Shown: positions 16,412 through 26,236 of the stretch, piece by piece
How the letters are laid out: each line of letters opens with the position of its first letter
How positions within the stretch are numbered: the stretch's first letter is position 1
DNA from: Clavibacter sp.
GTDB taxonomy: Bacteria; Actinomycetota; Actinomycetes; Actinomycetales; Microbacteriaceae
Length of the DNA: 57,381 bases
Assembly: GCA_044508495.1 (NCBI GenBank)
Contig: JBIQHP010000002.1
Span: forward strand, 3,128 to 60,508
Reading direction: 5' to 3'
Translations under genes and position numbers: made by a program
The notes under the pieces: model-generated
The model's database searches: none
What the model was told of the DNA's origin: nothing
What the model saw: only the letters and a program-made list of their open reading frames with translations

Positions 16412-16903
16412 ACACGGGGTACGGGCGGGGGCGATCCCACCACGCGCGAGAGCGCATCAGCGATCTGCGAATACGGTCTCGAGCTCTTCCCGGACGTCAA
16501 CCGAAGGATCTATGGGTTCTCCTTCGACGGGACCTGGCCCGCCTACTACGGATCGCTGAGCGCGCGCTACGACAAGTGCGCGACCGAGCAGATACAGAAG
16601 CAGACAGCCAGCAAACCCGACGCCAATCCGGTTCAGATCGATCATGAGTCCCGCTACTACTGCTACGTGCTCCTGGTACGGGATTACGGCAAGGCCCCGA
16701 CTTCTTCTCCCCCGTCTTCCCCCGCTCCCGACGCCACCGTCGAGAAGACTGCCCCGACCTGCGAGGAGGCACAGGCAGTGGTTCAGGCGACGATCGATGG
16801 GGACGAAGACGCCTTTTACACGTTCAGCGATGACTATTTCGACGGCGACCTGCCTGCGGCCAACGAATGGCTCGCCGCCGAGTGCAGCCTGGGCTTCGAG
16901 TAG
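16394..16903 (+). CDS. Hypothetical protein, probably a 5'-truncated relic of an exported protein
   Basis: Several Cys and a Pro/Ser/Thr linker but no signal peptide; only ATG sits in the operator with no RBS. Confidence 0.45.
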   Translation: MSSLLVTRGTGGGDPTTRESASAICEYGLELFPDVNRRIYGFSFDGTWPAYYGSLSARYDKCATEQIQKQTASKPDANPVQIDHESRYYCYVLLVRDYGKAPTSSPPSSPAPDATVEKTAPTCEEAQAVVQATIDGDEDAFYTFSDDYFDGDLPAANEWLAAECSLGFE

Positions 16904-16929
16904 AGCAGGGCGCAGCGGGACCGGCGACG

Positions 16930-17073
16930 ACCCGCGTACCAGGGCCGAAGTCCCGCCTCTATGCCCTCCGGGGAGAGGTCGTGGTGTCAGTAGCGGTGCA
17001 CCTGCGGTCGAGCGAGCCAGTCGGCCAGGAGGGGGAAATCCCCCGCCGTGATCCGGCGCCAGCTGATCCGCAC
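16930..17073 (-). pseudogene. GNAT acetyltransferase N-terminal relic
   Basis: MRISWRRITAGDFPLLADWLARPQVHRY*HHDLSPEGIE, then a one-base shift to RDFGP; in-frame TGA, frameshift and truncation. Confidence 0.65.
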
Positions 17074-17122
17074 GTCGATCACGATACTTGCTCCTCGCGA
17101 TGCCTGCGGGCACCATGAGGAG

Positions 17123-17461
17123 ATGACCAAATACCTCATCTCCTTCCCCAGCGAAGCCATGGTGCTCACCGACGAGGAGTTCCCGATCGTCGTCGCCGAG
17201 TCCCACGCCGTGATCGAGGAGGCCAAGGTCGCCGGCGTCTACGTCTTCGGCGGCGGGATCGAGGAGAGCGTCGACCCTGTGCTCGTCTCGGCCGACGGCG
17301 CGGTGAGCTCCGAGATCTATCCGGGTTCCGAGCTCAAGGGCGGGTTCACCGTGCTGGAGCTGCCGACGCGCGAGGACGCCGTCGAATGGGCGAGGAAGAT
17401 CGCGGCGGCCTGCCGGTGCTCGCAGGAACTGCGGGAGTTCGGGTTCGACCCGCAGAGTTAG
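17123..17461 (+). CDS. YciI/DGPF-like protein
   Basis: MTKYLISFP...AGVYVFGGG...GGFTVLELPTREDAVEWARK; GAGGAG upstream. Confidence 0.85.
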   Translation: MTKYLISFPSEAMVLTDEEFPIVVAESHAVIEEAKVAGVYVFGGGIEESVDPVLVSADGAVSSEIYPGSELKGGFTVLELPTREDAVEWARKIAAACRCSQELREFGFDPQS

Positions 17462-17485
17462 GCGGGGTCGGCGGCTGCGCACCGC

Positions 17486-17836
17486 TCAGGGCAGCGGGAC
17501 CACGTAGGAGTCGACCTGCGCGATCAGGTCCCCCCGGAAGGTGAAGAGATCGTTGTAGGCGAACCGGAAGCGCCCGCTCTCGCGGTGGGTGCCCTGGCCC
17601 GTGCCCGTCACGACGACGATGTCCCCCGCGTCGATCGTCCTCTCCACGGTCAGCTCGGGGCTTCCCTCGAAGGCGGGATTCTCGATCTCCTCGTCGAACT
17701 CGGCCTTGCCGCTCGTGCTGCGCAGCCCGTGGATGTGCCAGACGACATCCTCGGTGAGGCAGCCGAGGATCGCCTCGTGGTCACTGCGCCGGAAGCCGTC
17801 CAGGTAGCGGTGAACGAGTCGTTCGCGGGTGTTCAT
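17486..17836 (-). CDS. SnoaL/NTF2-like family protein
   Basis: YLDGFRRSDHEAILGCLTEDVVW...DLFTFRGDLIAQVDSY; GAGGGAG RBS. Confidence 0.85.
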   Translation of the reverse strand: MNTRERLVHRYLDGFRRSDHEAILGCLTEDVVWHIHGLRSTSGKAEFDEEIENPAFEGSPELTVERTIDAGDIVVVTGTGQGTHRESGRFRFAYNDLFTFRGDLIAQVDSYVVPLP

Positions 17837-17849
17837 GGCGTACTCCCTC

Positions 17850-18299
17850 TCATCTCCGATCGAGCCCCTCCAGCACGACGTCGAGCCGCTCGAGGATGCC
17901 GGCCAGTCCGGTGCGAGCCTGCTCGGTGCGCAGATCGGGCGGCAGCCGCCGCTGGTGGACCGTGACGGTCGTGCCGGACCCCGTCGGCTCGAGGCGGATC
18001 TCCGTCGTGAGGCCGGTGACCGGTTCGACGAGCACCAGGCGGGTCGGCGGTTCGATCTCCTCGTAGCGGAATCGCAGCGGATAGCTGCAGCCGTCACTGC
18101 CGAGGGTCTCCAGCGCGAACGCCCCGCCGATGCGCAGGTCGACGGTGACCGAGTCCGGCAGGATCGTGGCATGGTCCCCGCCCCAGAACACCGCGAGATG
18201 CTCGGGAGTGGTGAACGCCTCCCACACCAGCCTCGGATCGGCATCGAGATATCGGGTGGCGATCAGCTGATCCCCCTCGAGAGCGACCCGCGCCGTCAT
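17850..18299 (-). CDS. SRPBCC/AHSA1 family protein
   Basis: LVWEAFTTPEHLAVFWG, DLRIGG, IEPPTRLV; coupled to arsR. Confidence 0.88.
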   Translation of the reverse strand: MTARVALEGDQLIATRYLDADPRLVWEAFTTPEHLAVFWGGDHATILPDSVTVDLRIGGAFALETLGSDGCSYPLRFRYEEIEPPTRLVLVEPVTGLTTEIRLEPTGSGTTVTVHQRRLPPDLRTEQARTGLAGILERLDVVLEGLDRR

Positions 18300-18643
18300 C
18301 GCACCGGCTCCCCCTGCAGCGCCACCAGGTGCTCCTCGAGCTGGTCGAGGCGCGACTCCCACTGCCGTCGCTGCTCGCTCATCCAGCCGATCAGCTCCCC
18401 CAGGCGCCCGGCATCCAGGCTGCAGGGGCGGCTCTGACCCCGGACCCGCTGCTGGATCAGTCCGCAGCGCCGGAGGATGCCGACATGCCGCGAGATGGCC
18501 TGATGCGTCAGTGCGAACGGCGCGGCGAGCTCTCCTACCGTCGCCTCCCCCGCCGCGAGCCGCGCGATGATCGCCCGGCGGGTGGGATCGCCGAGAGCAG
18601 CGAAAGCGGCGTCCAGGTCGGACTCGACGGCGGAGACGGTCAT
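18296..18643 (-). CDS. ArsR/SmtB family regulator
   Basis: FAALGDPTRRAII...ATVGELA...AISRHVGILRRCGLI. Confidence 0.92.
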   Translation of the reverse strand: MTVSAVESDLDAAFAALGDPTRRAIIARLAAGEATVGELAAPFALTHQAISRHVGILRRCGLIQQRVRGQSRPCSLDAGRLGELIGWMSEQRRQWESRLDQLEEHLVALQGEPVR

Positions 18644-18652
18644 CCTGTGATC

Positions 18653-18696
18653 ATATATTCAATGATCTCCTTGCGCAAGGATTTCATTGCATATAT
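18653..18696. promoter_or_regulatory. 44-bp imperfect palindrome, likely ArsR auto-operator
   Basis: ATATATTCAATGATCTCCTTGC/GCAAGGATTTCATTGCATATAT; 19 of 22 positions pair; about 10 nt upstream of the arsR ATG. Confidence 0.75.
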
Positions 18697-18761
18697 TCGC
18701 CGCAGATACAGATAGAGGTGCGACCTCTCCCCCGCTCATCCCCGATCCGCCGGGGAGGATG

Positions 18762-19112
18762 CTACGCCGGCGGCTCCCACAGCTCGATCGGGAGGCCCTC
18801 CGGATCGTGGATGCGGGCGAAGCGGCCGTAGTCGGTCTCCCACTCCGGCCGGCGCTCGACGGCGATGCCCGCCGCCTCCAGCTTCGCCGCGAGCGCATCG
18901 ATGTCCGTGACGCGGAGGTTGAGCATGAAGGGCTGGTCTGCCGGGAAATAGTCGCTGTCGGCGGGGAAGGGGGCGAAGACCGTCATCCCCTCCTGCTGCT
19001 GCCAGATGCCCTCATGACCCGCCTCGATGCCGAGGTGCTCGCGGTACCATGCCGTCCGGGCCTTCGGATCGCGACTGCGGAAGAAGATCCCCCCGATTCC
19101 CGTGACGTCCAT
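18762..19112 (-). CDS. VOC/glyoxalase family protein
   Basis: VTGIGGIFFRS...WYREHLG...NLRVTDID...GRFARIHDPEGLPIELWEP. Confidence 0.92.
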   Translation of the reverse strand: MDVTGIGGIFFRSRDPKARTAWYREHLGIEAGHEGIWQQQEGMTVFAPFPADSDYFPADQPFMLNLRVTDIDALAAKLEAAGIAVERRPEWETDYGRFARIHDPEGLPIELWEPPA

Positions 19113-19243
19113 GGCACGCCTCCCTGATTCACGAGGGCCTCGGCCGCGCTGCTCGCCGACCCTCGGTGGCGGTCAGCCTACCACCGGCCGATTCGACTCC
19201 ATCCCCCGCGCGAGCGTCGGCGACGCTTGCTAATGTGCAGGCC

Positions 19244-19762
19244 ATGAGCGAATTCACCGAGAGCCTGCTCGCCGACGGCCCCGCTGCCGAGGATGCGTCC
19301 GAGCTGGCGCTGTTCGGACGCTTCGTCGGAGAGTGGGAGGTCGGCAACCGCAGCCTGATCGAGTCGACCGGGGAATGGGTTGAAGGCCGGTTCCGGTGGG
19401 CATTCGCCTGGATCCTCGGCGGGCGCGGAGTGCAGGATGTCATCGCCTCCCCCGACGGCCATGCCCGTGGCACGACGGTGCGAATCCTCGACCCCGCACT
19501 CGAGGCGTGGCGGGTCTACTGGTTCGGCGTCGCCGGAGGCGATTACTGCGACCTGCGCGCCGTCCCGGATGGCCGGGACGCCATCCGGCTCGACGGCGTG
19601 CAGACCGACGGACGGCGCATCCACTGGCAGTTCAGCGACATCACGGTCGACTCGTTCACCTGGGAGGGACGCGTCTCGAACGACGGCGGGGCGTCCTGGT
19701 GGCTCGAGCAGCGCATGGAGGCACGTCGCCGCAGTCCCACCTCGACTGCCCTGCCGGCGTGA
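19244..19762 (+). CDS. Hypothetical beta-barrel protein (DUF1579-like)
   Basis: LFGRFVGEW, WILGGRGVQD, WQFSDIT...SFTWEG...DGGASW; -10-like TAATGT before the ATG. Confidence 0.75.
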   Translation: MSEFTESLLADGPAAEDASELALFGRFVGEWEVGNRSLIESTGEWVEGRFRWAFAWILGGRGVQDVIASPDGHARGTTVRILDPALEAWRVYWFGVAGGDYCDLRAVPDGRDAIRLDGVQTDGRRIHWQFSDITVDSFTWEGRVSNDGGASWWLEQRMEARRRSPTSTALPA

Positions 19763-19771
19763 TCGTCGCGG

Positions 19772-21931
19772 CTACCCGCGCCGCCCGGACGTGAGGATGA
19801 CGAGCCGCTGGGTCGCCCGGGTCATCGCGACATAGCGGTCGACGGCCCCCTCGATACCGGTGCCGAACGATTCCGGGTCCACGAGCACGACGAGGTCGAA
19901 CTCGAGGCCCTTGGCCAGCTCCGGCGCGAGCGACCGGATGCGGGCCGTCGCCTGGAAGGCCGGATCGCCGATGACGCACGCGATCCCCTCGGAATGCTCG
20001 GCGAGCCAGGCCGCGAGGATCGCATCCAGCCGGGAGGTCGACCCGTGTTCGACGGGAACGCCGCTCGCGCGGATGGAGGTCGGCACGTTGGCATCCGGGA
20101 GCACGGCCCGGATGACCGGCTCGGCCTCCGACATGACCTCCTCGGGGGTGCGGTAGTTGATGGTCAGCGAGGTCAGGGAGATGCCGTCGAGCCCGTTCCG
20201 TTCGAGGCGTTCCTGCCATGACTCGGCGAAGCCGTGCCGCGCCTGGGCCCGGTCCCCCACGATCGTGAGGCTGCGCGAGGGGCAGCGCTGCAGGAGCATC
20301 CGCCAATCCGCATCCGTCAGCTCCTGGGCTTCGTCCACGACGATGTGCGCGAAGGGCCCGGCCAGGGCATCGGGGTCCGCGCTCGGCAGCGCGCTCTCGT
20401 CGATCAGGCTGTTCCGGGCGTCCTGCCCGCGCAGCATCCGCATGAGGAGCAGCTCGGAGTCGTCCGCCGCGATGAGCTCGTCGACCACTCGGTCCCTGAC
20501 CTCCTGATCGGCGGCGATCGCGGCCTCGCGCCTGCGTCTGCGCCGGGACGCCTCGGGGTCGCCGATCCTCCGCCGCGCCGCGTCGAGAAAGGGCAGATCG
20601 GAGACCGTCCAGGCCCGGGGATCCTCGCGCTGAAGCTGCTGGATCTCGTCCGGGGAGAGCCACGGCGCGCACGCGTGCAGATAGGCCGTCACCGACCAGA
20701 GGTCGGCGACGACGCCGGGAGGGTCGAGCAGCGGCCACGCCCGGTTGACGGCGCCGGTCAGCTCCTCGTTCTGCAGCAGCGACCTGCGGAGCAGGTGGGG
20801 GGCCACCTCCTCCTCGTCGACCTGGGCGATCAGGATGCCCAGCACCTCCTCCCATACCTGTTCGCGCGCCTCGTTGTGCGGCAGGCCCGGATCCGCCGCG
20901 TCGAAGGCGTCCGCCCAGTCCGCGGCGCTGAGCCGGAGCTCGGACCAGGGCGTCTCGACGACGAGCTCGCGGGCCGGCGGTCGCTCGTAATGCCGAACCG
21001 CCGCCTCGATCGCCTCCGCCGGGTCAGCGGAGACCTTCAGCCGGACCACCCGGGGATCCGGCTCTGCGAGGGCCGCGTCGCCCTCCGGAACGAGATCGCG
21101 CAGCGTGCAGATCTGCACGCCCTCCTCGCCCAGACTCGGGAGGACGTCGGCGACGTAGGCCAGATAGGCCTCGTGCGGACCGACGAACAGGAGCCCTCCG
21201 CCCCGCGCGATCCGCGGCTCGGAGTACAGGAGGTAGGCGGCGCGATGCAGCGCGACGACGGTCTTGCCCGTTCCCGGGCCGCCGTCGACGACGAGCGCGC
21301 CCCTCGATCCCGCCCGGATGATGGCGTCCTGATCGGCCTGGATCGTGCTGAGCACGTCGCGCATCCGGGGCGACCGGCTGCTGCCGAGGCTCGCGATGAA
21401 GGCCGACTGGTCGTCGAGCGCGGCATGCCCCTGGAGCCCGTCCGAGGTGAAGACCTCGTCCCAGTAGTCGCTCACCCTGCCGCGAGTCCAGCGATACCTG
21501 CGGCGACTCGCCAGGCCCATGGGGTTGGCGTGAGTCGCTCCGAAGAAGGGCTCGGCCGCGGGAGAACGCCAGTCGACGAGCAATCGCCGGCCCCCGGCGT
21601 CCGCGAGGCCGAGCCGACCGACGTACACGGGCTCGGCACCGCCGGTTCCCACCATGCGTCCGAGGCACAGGTCCAGCCCGAAGCGGCGCAGGGTCCTCAG
21701 GCGAGCCGTCAGCCGATGGATCTCGAGGTCGCGGTCCATGGCCGCCTGCCCCTCACCGCCAGGCATCCTGCGCTCGGACTCCAGGCGGTCGGCGAGTTCC
21801 GCGATCGACGTCTCGAGGCTCTCCCGGATGGCGGCGAAACGGCGTTCGTCCTCGGCGATGAGCGCCGGATCGGTCTTGGCGACGAGACGATCGGGAAGAT
21901 CGAAGGCGCTGGTGCCGGTGCTGGGAGTCAC
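19772..21931 (-). CDS. helR: RNA polymerase recycling motor ATPase HelR (HelD-like, rifamycin protection)
   Basis: LDLCLGR, LVDWRSPAAEPF, TIQADQDAII, GGPGTGKT, DEAQE, KGLEFD, YVAMTRA; RAE upstream. Confidence 0.92.
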   Translation of the reverse strand: MTPSTGTSAFDLPDRLVAKTDPALIAEDERRFAAIRESLETSIAELADRLESERRMPGGEGQAAMDRDLEIHRLTARLRTLRRFGLDLCLGRMVGTGGAEPVYVGRLGLADAGGRRLLVDWRSPAAEPFFGATHANPMGLASRRRYRWTRGRVSDYWDEVFTSDGLQGHAALDDQSAFIASLGSSRSPRMRDVLSTIQADQDAIIRAGSRGALVVDGGPGTGKTVVALHRAAYLLYSEPRIARGGGLLFVGPHEAYLAYVADVLPSLGEEGVQICTLRDLVPEGDAALAEPDPRVVRLKVSADPAEAIEAAVRHYERPPARELVVETPWSELRLSAADWADAFDAADPGLPHNEAREQVWEEVLGILIAQVDEEEVAPHLLRRSLLQNEELTGAVNRAWPLLDPPGVVADLWSVTAYLHACAPWLSPDEIQQLQREDPRAWTVSDLPFLDAARRRIGDPEASRRRRRREAAIAADQEVRDRVVDELIAADDSELLLMRMLRGQDARNSLIDESALPSADPDALAGPFAHIVVDEAQELTDADWRMLLQRCPSRSLTIVGDRAQARHGFAESWQERLERNGLDGISLTSLTINYRTPEEVMSEAEPVIRAVLPDANVPTSIRASGVPVEHGSTSRLDAILAAWLAEHSEGIACVIGDPAFQATARIRSLAPELAKGLEFDLVVLVDPESFGTGIEGAVDRYVAMTRATQRLVILTSGRRG

Positions 21932-21955
21932 GATCGACCATTCTCGGCGACGACG

Positions 21956-21976
21956 GGGGGCTTGCGGCAAGCCCCC
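21956..21976. promoter_or_regulatory. Rifamycin-associated element (RAE)
   Basis: Perfect palindrome GGGGGCTTGC-G-GCAAGCCCCC, 24 nt upstream of the helR start; -10-like TACCTT at 21983-21988 on the minus strand. Confidence 0.88.
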
Positions 21977-22046
21977 TGCCGCAAGGTACAGTGAAAATGG
22001 AGGGACGTGGCATCTCCCCGATGGCTCGAGGCGAAGGAGAACCGCA

Positions 22047-22475
22047 GTGCTCGATGGTCTCATGGTCGACATCTCCTGGCTCGGAGTCGTCATCGGCGCC
22101 CTTGCGCTCTTCCTCCTCGGCGCGATCTGGTACGTGGCCATCTTCGGCAAGGTCTACCGTCAGGAGCTCGGCGTGCCTGAGCCGGCCGAGGGCGAGAGCC
22201 CGCTTCCTCCGGGAAGGGCGCTCGGCCGAGCGCTCGTCGGGCAGTTCGTGGCGGGACTCGTCGTCGCGATCGTCCTGGCCTGGTTGATCGGCAACTCCTC
22301 GGTCGGACGAGGGGCCGTCATCGGTCTCGCCGGAGGCGTGCTCGTGGCTGCGGCCCTCGGGCAGCTCCACCAGTTCGAGGGCAGGAGCCTGCGTCACCTG
22401 CTGCTCAACGTCGGCTACATGCTCGTCGGCCTCACGGCGGTCGGTGCCATCGTCGGCGCATTCCAGACGCCCTGA
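22047..22475 (+). CDS. DUF1761 family membrane protein
   Basis: ISWLGVVIGALALFLLGAIWY...FGKVY; four TM segments; AAGGAG RBS before GTG (alternative ATG 22062). Confidence 0.85.
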   Translation: MLDGLMVDISWLGVVIGALALFLLGAIWYVAIFGKVYRQELGVPEPAEGESPLPPGRALGRALVGQFVAGLVVAIVLAWLIGNSSVGRGAVIGLAGGVLVAAALGQLHQFEGRSLRHLLLNVGYMLVGLTAVGAIVGAFQTP

Positions 22476-22557
22476 CACTCGCCCGGCGGGTCGTATCCTC
22501 GTCCCATGGCCCCGCATCGACTCGGGGTCGAACGCGTCGGCCCCTGACCGCGCGGGG

Positions 22558-23610
22558 CTAGCGATTCGTCGCGGCGACCCACTCGTCGAGCTTGCGGGAT
22601 GCCGCGCCGGAGTCGATCGCCTCGGCGGCGACCGCGAGCTTCGCCCGGAAACGATCGACGATGGGGACCTGGACCTCGGCCGGGTTGCGTGCGAGGTCGT
22701 AGGAGACGAGCCCCGCCGCGGCGTTGAGCAGCACGATATCGCGCACCGGGCCGCCCTCTCCCTCGAGCACTCGCCGGGCGATGCCGGCGTTGTGCTCCGG
22801 ATCCCCGCCGAGCAGGTCGGAGAGCTCCGCGCGGGCGATCCCGAGCTCGGAAGGGTCGAGGTCGTGCTCGGTCACGGCACCCCGGGAGACCTCCCAGATA
22901 TGGCTGTGGCCGGTCGTCGTGAGCTCGTCGAGGCCGTCGTCGCCGCGGAACACGAGCGCCGTGGCCCCCCGGGTCTGGAAGACGCCGACGAAGAGCGGGA
23001 CCTTCGAGAGGTTCGCGACGCCCACCGCGTTCGCCTCGCACCGAGCCGGGTTGCAGAGCGGCCCGAGGAAGTTGAAGACGGTCGGGATCGCGAGCTCGCC
23101 GCGCACCGGGGCGGCGTGGCGGAATCCGGGATGGAAGTGCGCCGCATAGGCGAAGGTGATCCCCGTCTCCGAGAACACCTCGGCGATGCGCTGCTCGTCG
23201 AGCTCCAGCCGGATGCCGAGCGCAGCCAGGACATCCGAGGATCCGGCGGCGGAGCTCGCGGCCTTGTTCCCGTGTTTAATGACCGGCGCGCCGGACGCCG
23301 CAGCGACGATCGAGGCCATGGTCGAGACGTTGACGGTGCCGAAACGGTCTCCCCCGGTGCCGACGATGTCGATCGCCATCGGGTCGAGCGCGAGGGGATG
23401 CGCGTTCTCGAGCACGGCATCCCGGAACCCGACGATCTCGTCGACCGTCTCCCCCTTGGCCCGCAGGGCCACGAGGAAGGCCGCGAGCTGGGCGCTGGTC
23501 GCCTCGCCCGTCACGATCCGGCGCATGGCCCAGGACGCCTCGCTGATGGAGAGGTTCCGCTTCTCGAGCAGCGCCGTGAGCAGGTCGGGCCAGGTCGGGG
23601 CGGTAGTCAC
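22558..23610 (-). CDS. trpD: Anthranilate phosphoribosyltransferase
   Basis: DIVGTGGD, NVST, KHGN, FNFLGPLCNP, DGLDE. Confidence 0.97.
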   Translation of the reverse strand: MTTAPTWPDLLTALLEKRNLSISEASWAMRRIVTGEATSAQLAAFLVALRAKGETVDEIVGFRDAVLENAHPLALDPMAIDIVGTGGDRFGTVNVSTMASIVAAASGAPVIKHGNKAASSAAGSSDVLAALGIRLELDEQRIAEVFSETGITFAYAAHFHPGFRHAAPVRGELAIPTVFNFLGPLCNPARCEANAVGVANLSKVPLFVGVFQTRGATALVFRGDDGLDELTTTGHSHIWEVSRGAVTEHDLDPSELGIARAELSDLLGGDPEHNAGIARRVLEGEGGPVRDIVLLNAAAGLVSYDLARNPAEVQVPIVDRFRAKLAVAAEAIDSGAASRKLDEWVAATNR

Positions 23611-23678
23611 AGGAGCGATCCTAGCTTTCGGCCGGACTGGCCGCTCGAATGGCGAAGTCCTTCGTAATATCGGCCATA

Positions 23679-24317
23679 ATGGGAAGCGTGACCAGCACCT
23701 CTCTCTCGCACAATGTCGGCGTTCCCGTCGTCAACCGCCCGAGCGTCGTCGCGGTGGGAACGATCGTCTGGCTCGGCAGCGAGGTCATGTTCTTCGCGGG
23801 CCTCTTCGCGATCTACTTCACTCTTCGATCGACCTCCCCCGGCCTCTGGGCCTTCGAGACCGCGAAGCTCGACGTCTGGTACGCCCTCGGCAACACGACG
23901 ATCCTCGTCCTGTCATCGGTGACCTGCCAGTTCGGGGTCTTCGCGGCGGAGCGCCTCCAGGCGCGGGCGACCGGCTGGAAGCCGACTCAGTGGGGCATGG
24001 TGGAGTGGTTCTTCCTCACCTACGCCATGGGGGCGGTCTTCGTCATCGGCCAGATCTTCGAGTACGCCAACCTCGTCGCCGAGCACATCAGCATGAGCTC
24101 CAACCAGTACGGATCGTCGTTCTACATCACGACCGGCTTCCACGGCCTCCACGTCATCGGCGGCCTCATCGCCTTCCTGCTCGTGATCGGGCGCGCGTTC
24201 AGCGTCAAGAACTTCACGCACAAGGAGGCGGCCAGCGCCATCGTGGTCTCCTACTACTGGCACTTCGTCGACGTCGTGTGGATCGGGCTGTTCCTGGTCA
24301 TCTACGTACTCAAATAA
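23679..24317 (+). CDS. ctaE: Cytochrome c oxidase subunit III
   Basis: [30 protein letters not shown]; start may be GTG 23688. Confidence 0.96.
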   Translation: MGSVTSTSLSHNVGVPVVNRPSVVAVGTIVWLGSEVMFFAGLFAIYFTLRSTSPGLWAFETAKLDVWYALGNTTILVLSSVTCQFGVFAAERLQARATGWKPTQWGMVEWFFLTYAMGAVFVIGQIFEYANLVAEHISMSSNQYGSSFYITTGFHGLHVIGGLIAFLLVIGRAFSVKNFTHKEAASAIVVSYYWHFVDVVWIGLFLVIYVLK

Positions 24318-24333
24318 GGAACTCGGAAAGAGA

Positions 24334-25137
24334 ATGCGCACTCACACCTCGACCGCTGGTCGTCGGCCCGGCGGTCGCCGGCATCCCCTCGCCACCGTCG
24401 CCCTCCTCGCGATCGGGCTGCTGACGACGGGCGGCGCCTACGCGTTCCTGTCGACGACGGCATCCGCGGAGACGAGGGCCGCGAGCGAGCAGGCCATCGC
24501 GGAGGGCCATAAGATCTACGTCGCGAACTGCGCGACCTGCCACGGCATGAACGCGACGGGGACCGAGAAGGGCCCCGGGCTCCTCGGGGTCGGCGCGGCA
24601 TCCGTCGACTTCCAGATGGGCACCGGCCGCATGCCGCTCGCCTTCCAGGGCCCCCAGGGCGCGGAGAAGCCCCTGCAGTTCACCGAGGAGCAGATCGGCG
24701 CGGTCGCCGCCTACATCGCGAGCCTCGCACCCGGCCCCGCGATCCCCGCGGACAAGTGGCTCGCCGGCGACGGGGACATCGCCAACGGCGGTCAGCTGTT
24801 CAGGGTCAACTGCGCGATGTGCCACAACGTCGCCGGTGCCGGCGGCGCCCTCACCGAGGGCAAGTTCGCGCCGTCGCTCGGAGGGATCGACGCCCGTCAC
24901 ATCTACGAGGCCATGGTCACCGGACCCCAGAACATGCCGGTGTTCAGCGACCTCAATCTGAGCCCGCAGGACAAGGCCGACCTCATCAGCTTCCTCAAGT
25001 ACCAGGACCAGCACGCCTCGGTCGGCGGCGTCGACCTCGGCGGCCTCGGACCCGTGGCCGAGGGCCTGTTCATCTGGATCTTCGGCCTCGGCGCGATCGT
25101 CGGCGTCACGATCTGGATCGCCGCCAGGCCCAACTGA
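24334..25137 (+). CDS. qcrC: Cytochrome bc1 diheme cytochrome c subunit
   Basis: Two CxxCH motifs (CATCH, CAMCH), GPQNMP. Confidence 0.96.
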   Translation: MRTHTSTAGRRPGGRRHPLATVALLAIGLLTTGGAYAFLSTTASAETRAASEQAIAEGHKIYVANCATCHGMNATGTEKGPGLLGVGAASVDFQMGTGRMPLAFQGPQGAEKPLQFTEEQIGAVAAYIASLAPGPAIPADKWLAGDGDIANGGQLFRVNCAMCHNVAGAGGALTEGKFAPSLGGIDARHIYEAMVTGPQNMPVFSDLNLSPQDKADLISFLKYQDQHASVGGVDLGGLGPVAEGLFIWIFGLGAIVGVTIWIAARPN

Positions 25138-25174
25138 CTCAGCACCACCGACCGCAGCAACCGAAGGGAACGAC

Positions 25175-26236
25175 ATGGCTCAGCAAGACGGCGACCAGGC
25201 CGCCGGGTCGGAACTCGCGACGACCGCCTCGCGCGATGTCTCCGCCGGCACCGCCGTCGTCCCGTCGGAGGCCTTCGAGAACCCCGGCCTGCCGCCGCAC
25301 CGGCCACGCGCGACCGACCTCGACCCGAAGAAGGAGAAGACCGCCGAGCGCCGGGTCGGCGGGATGTTCCTGCTCTCGATCGCCGCGAGCGTCTTCGCGG
25401 TCGTCGCCTACATCATCTTCCCGATCGTCCCCGGCGACATGGACTCGGTGCGCTTCAACAACCTGTTCCTCGGCGTCGGCATCGCACTCGCCCTCCTCTC
25501 GATCGGGTTCGGCTCGATCTACTGGGCCAAGAACCTCATGAAGGGCGGTGAGTGGGAAGAGCACCGCCACCCCACTCGCGGCCGGGAGGAGACGAGGGCC
25601 GCAGCCGTCGAGGTGTTCAAGCTCGGAAACGAGGAGTCCGGTTTCGGGCGGCGCACGCTCATCCGGAACAGCCTCATCGGCGCCCTCGTCGTCTCCCCGC
25701 TCCCCGCGGTCGTCATGTTCCGCGACCTCGCCCCCTCCGCGGATCCCGTGCCGCTCCTGCACAAGACCCTCTGGGACAAGAACGTCCGTCTCGCACGCGA
25801 CCCGTCCGGAACGCCGATCAAGGCCTCCGAGGTCACGCTGGGCTCGGTCTTCCACGTCATCCCGGAGAATCTCGAGGATGCCGAGCACAAGCTCGAGGAG
25901 AAGGCCAAGGCCGCCGTGCTGCTCATGCGCCTCAAGCCGGAGGACCTGCACGTCTCCCCCGAGCGCTCCGACTGGAACTATCAGGGCATCGTCGCCTACT
26001 CGAAGATCTGCACGCACGTCGGGTGCCCGGTCGCGCTCTACGAGCAGCAGACGCACCACTTGCTGTGCCCGTGCCACCAGTCGCAGTTCGACATCACGCA
26101 GGAGGCCAAGGTCATCTTCGGACCGGCCAAGCGCGCGCTCCCCCAGCTTCCCATCACCGTGGACTCGCAGGGCTACCTCGTGGCCCGCAGCGACTTCCAC
26201 GAACCCGTCGGCCCGAGCTTCTGGGAGCGTTCATGA
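25175..26236 (+). CDS. qcrA: Cytochrome bc1 Rieske iron-sulfur subunit
   Basis: CTHVGC and CPCHQS Rieske boxes; three N-terminal TM segments. Confidence 0.97.
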   Translation: MAQQDGDQAAGSELATTASRDVSAGTAVVPSEAFENPGLPPHRPRATDLDPKKEKTAERRVGGMFLLSIAASVFAVVAYIIFPIVPGDMDSVRFNNLFLGVGIALALLSIGFGSIYWAKNLMKGGEWEEHRHPTRGREETRAAAVEVFKLGNEESGFGRRTLIRNSLIGALVVSPLPAVVMFRDLAPSADPVPLLHKTLWDKNVRLARDPSGTPIKASEVTLGSVFHVIPENLEDAEHKLEEKAKAAVLLMRLKPEDLHVSPERSDWNYQGIVAYSKICTHVGCPVALYEQQTHHLLCPCHQSQFDITQEAKVIFGPAKRALPQLPITVDSQGYLVARSDFHEPVGPSFWERS

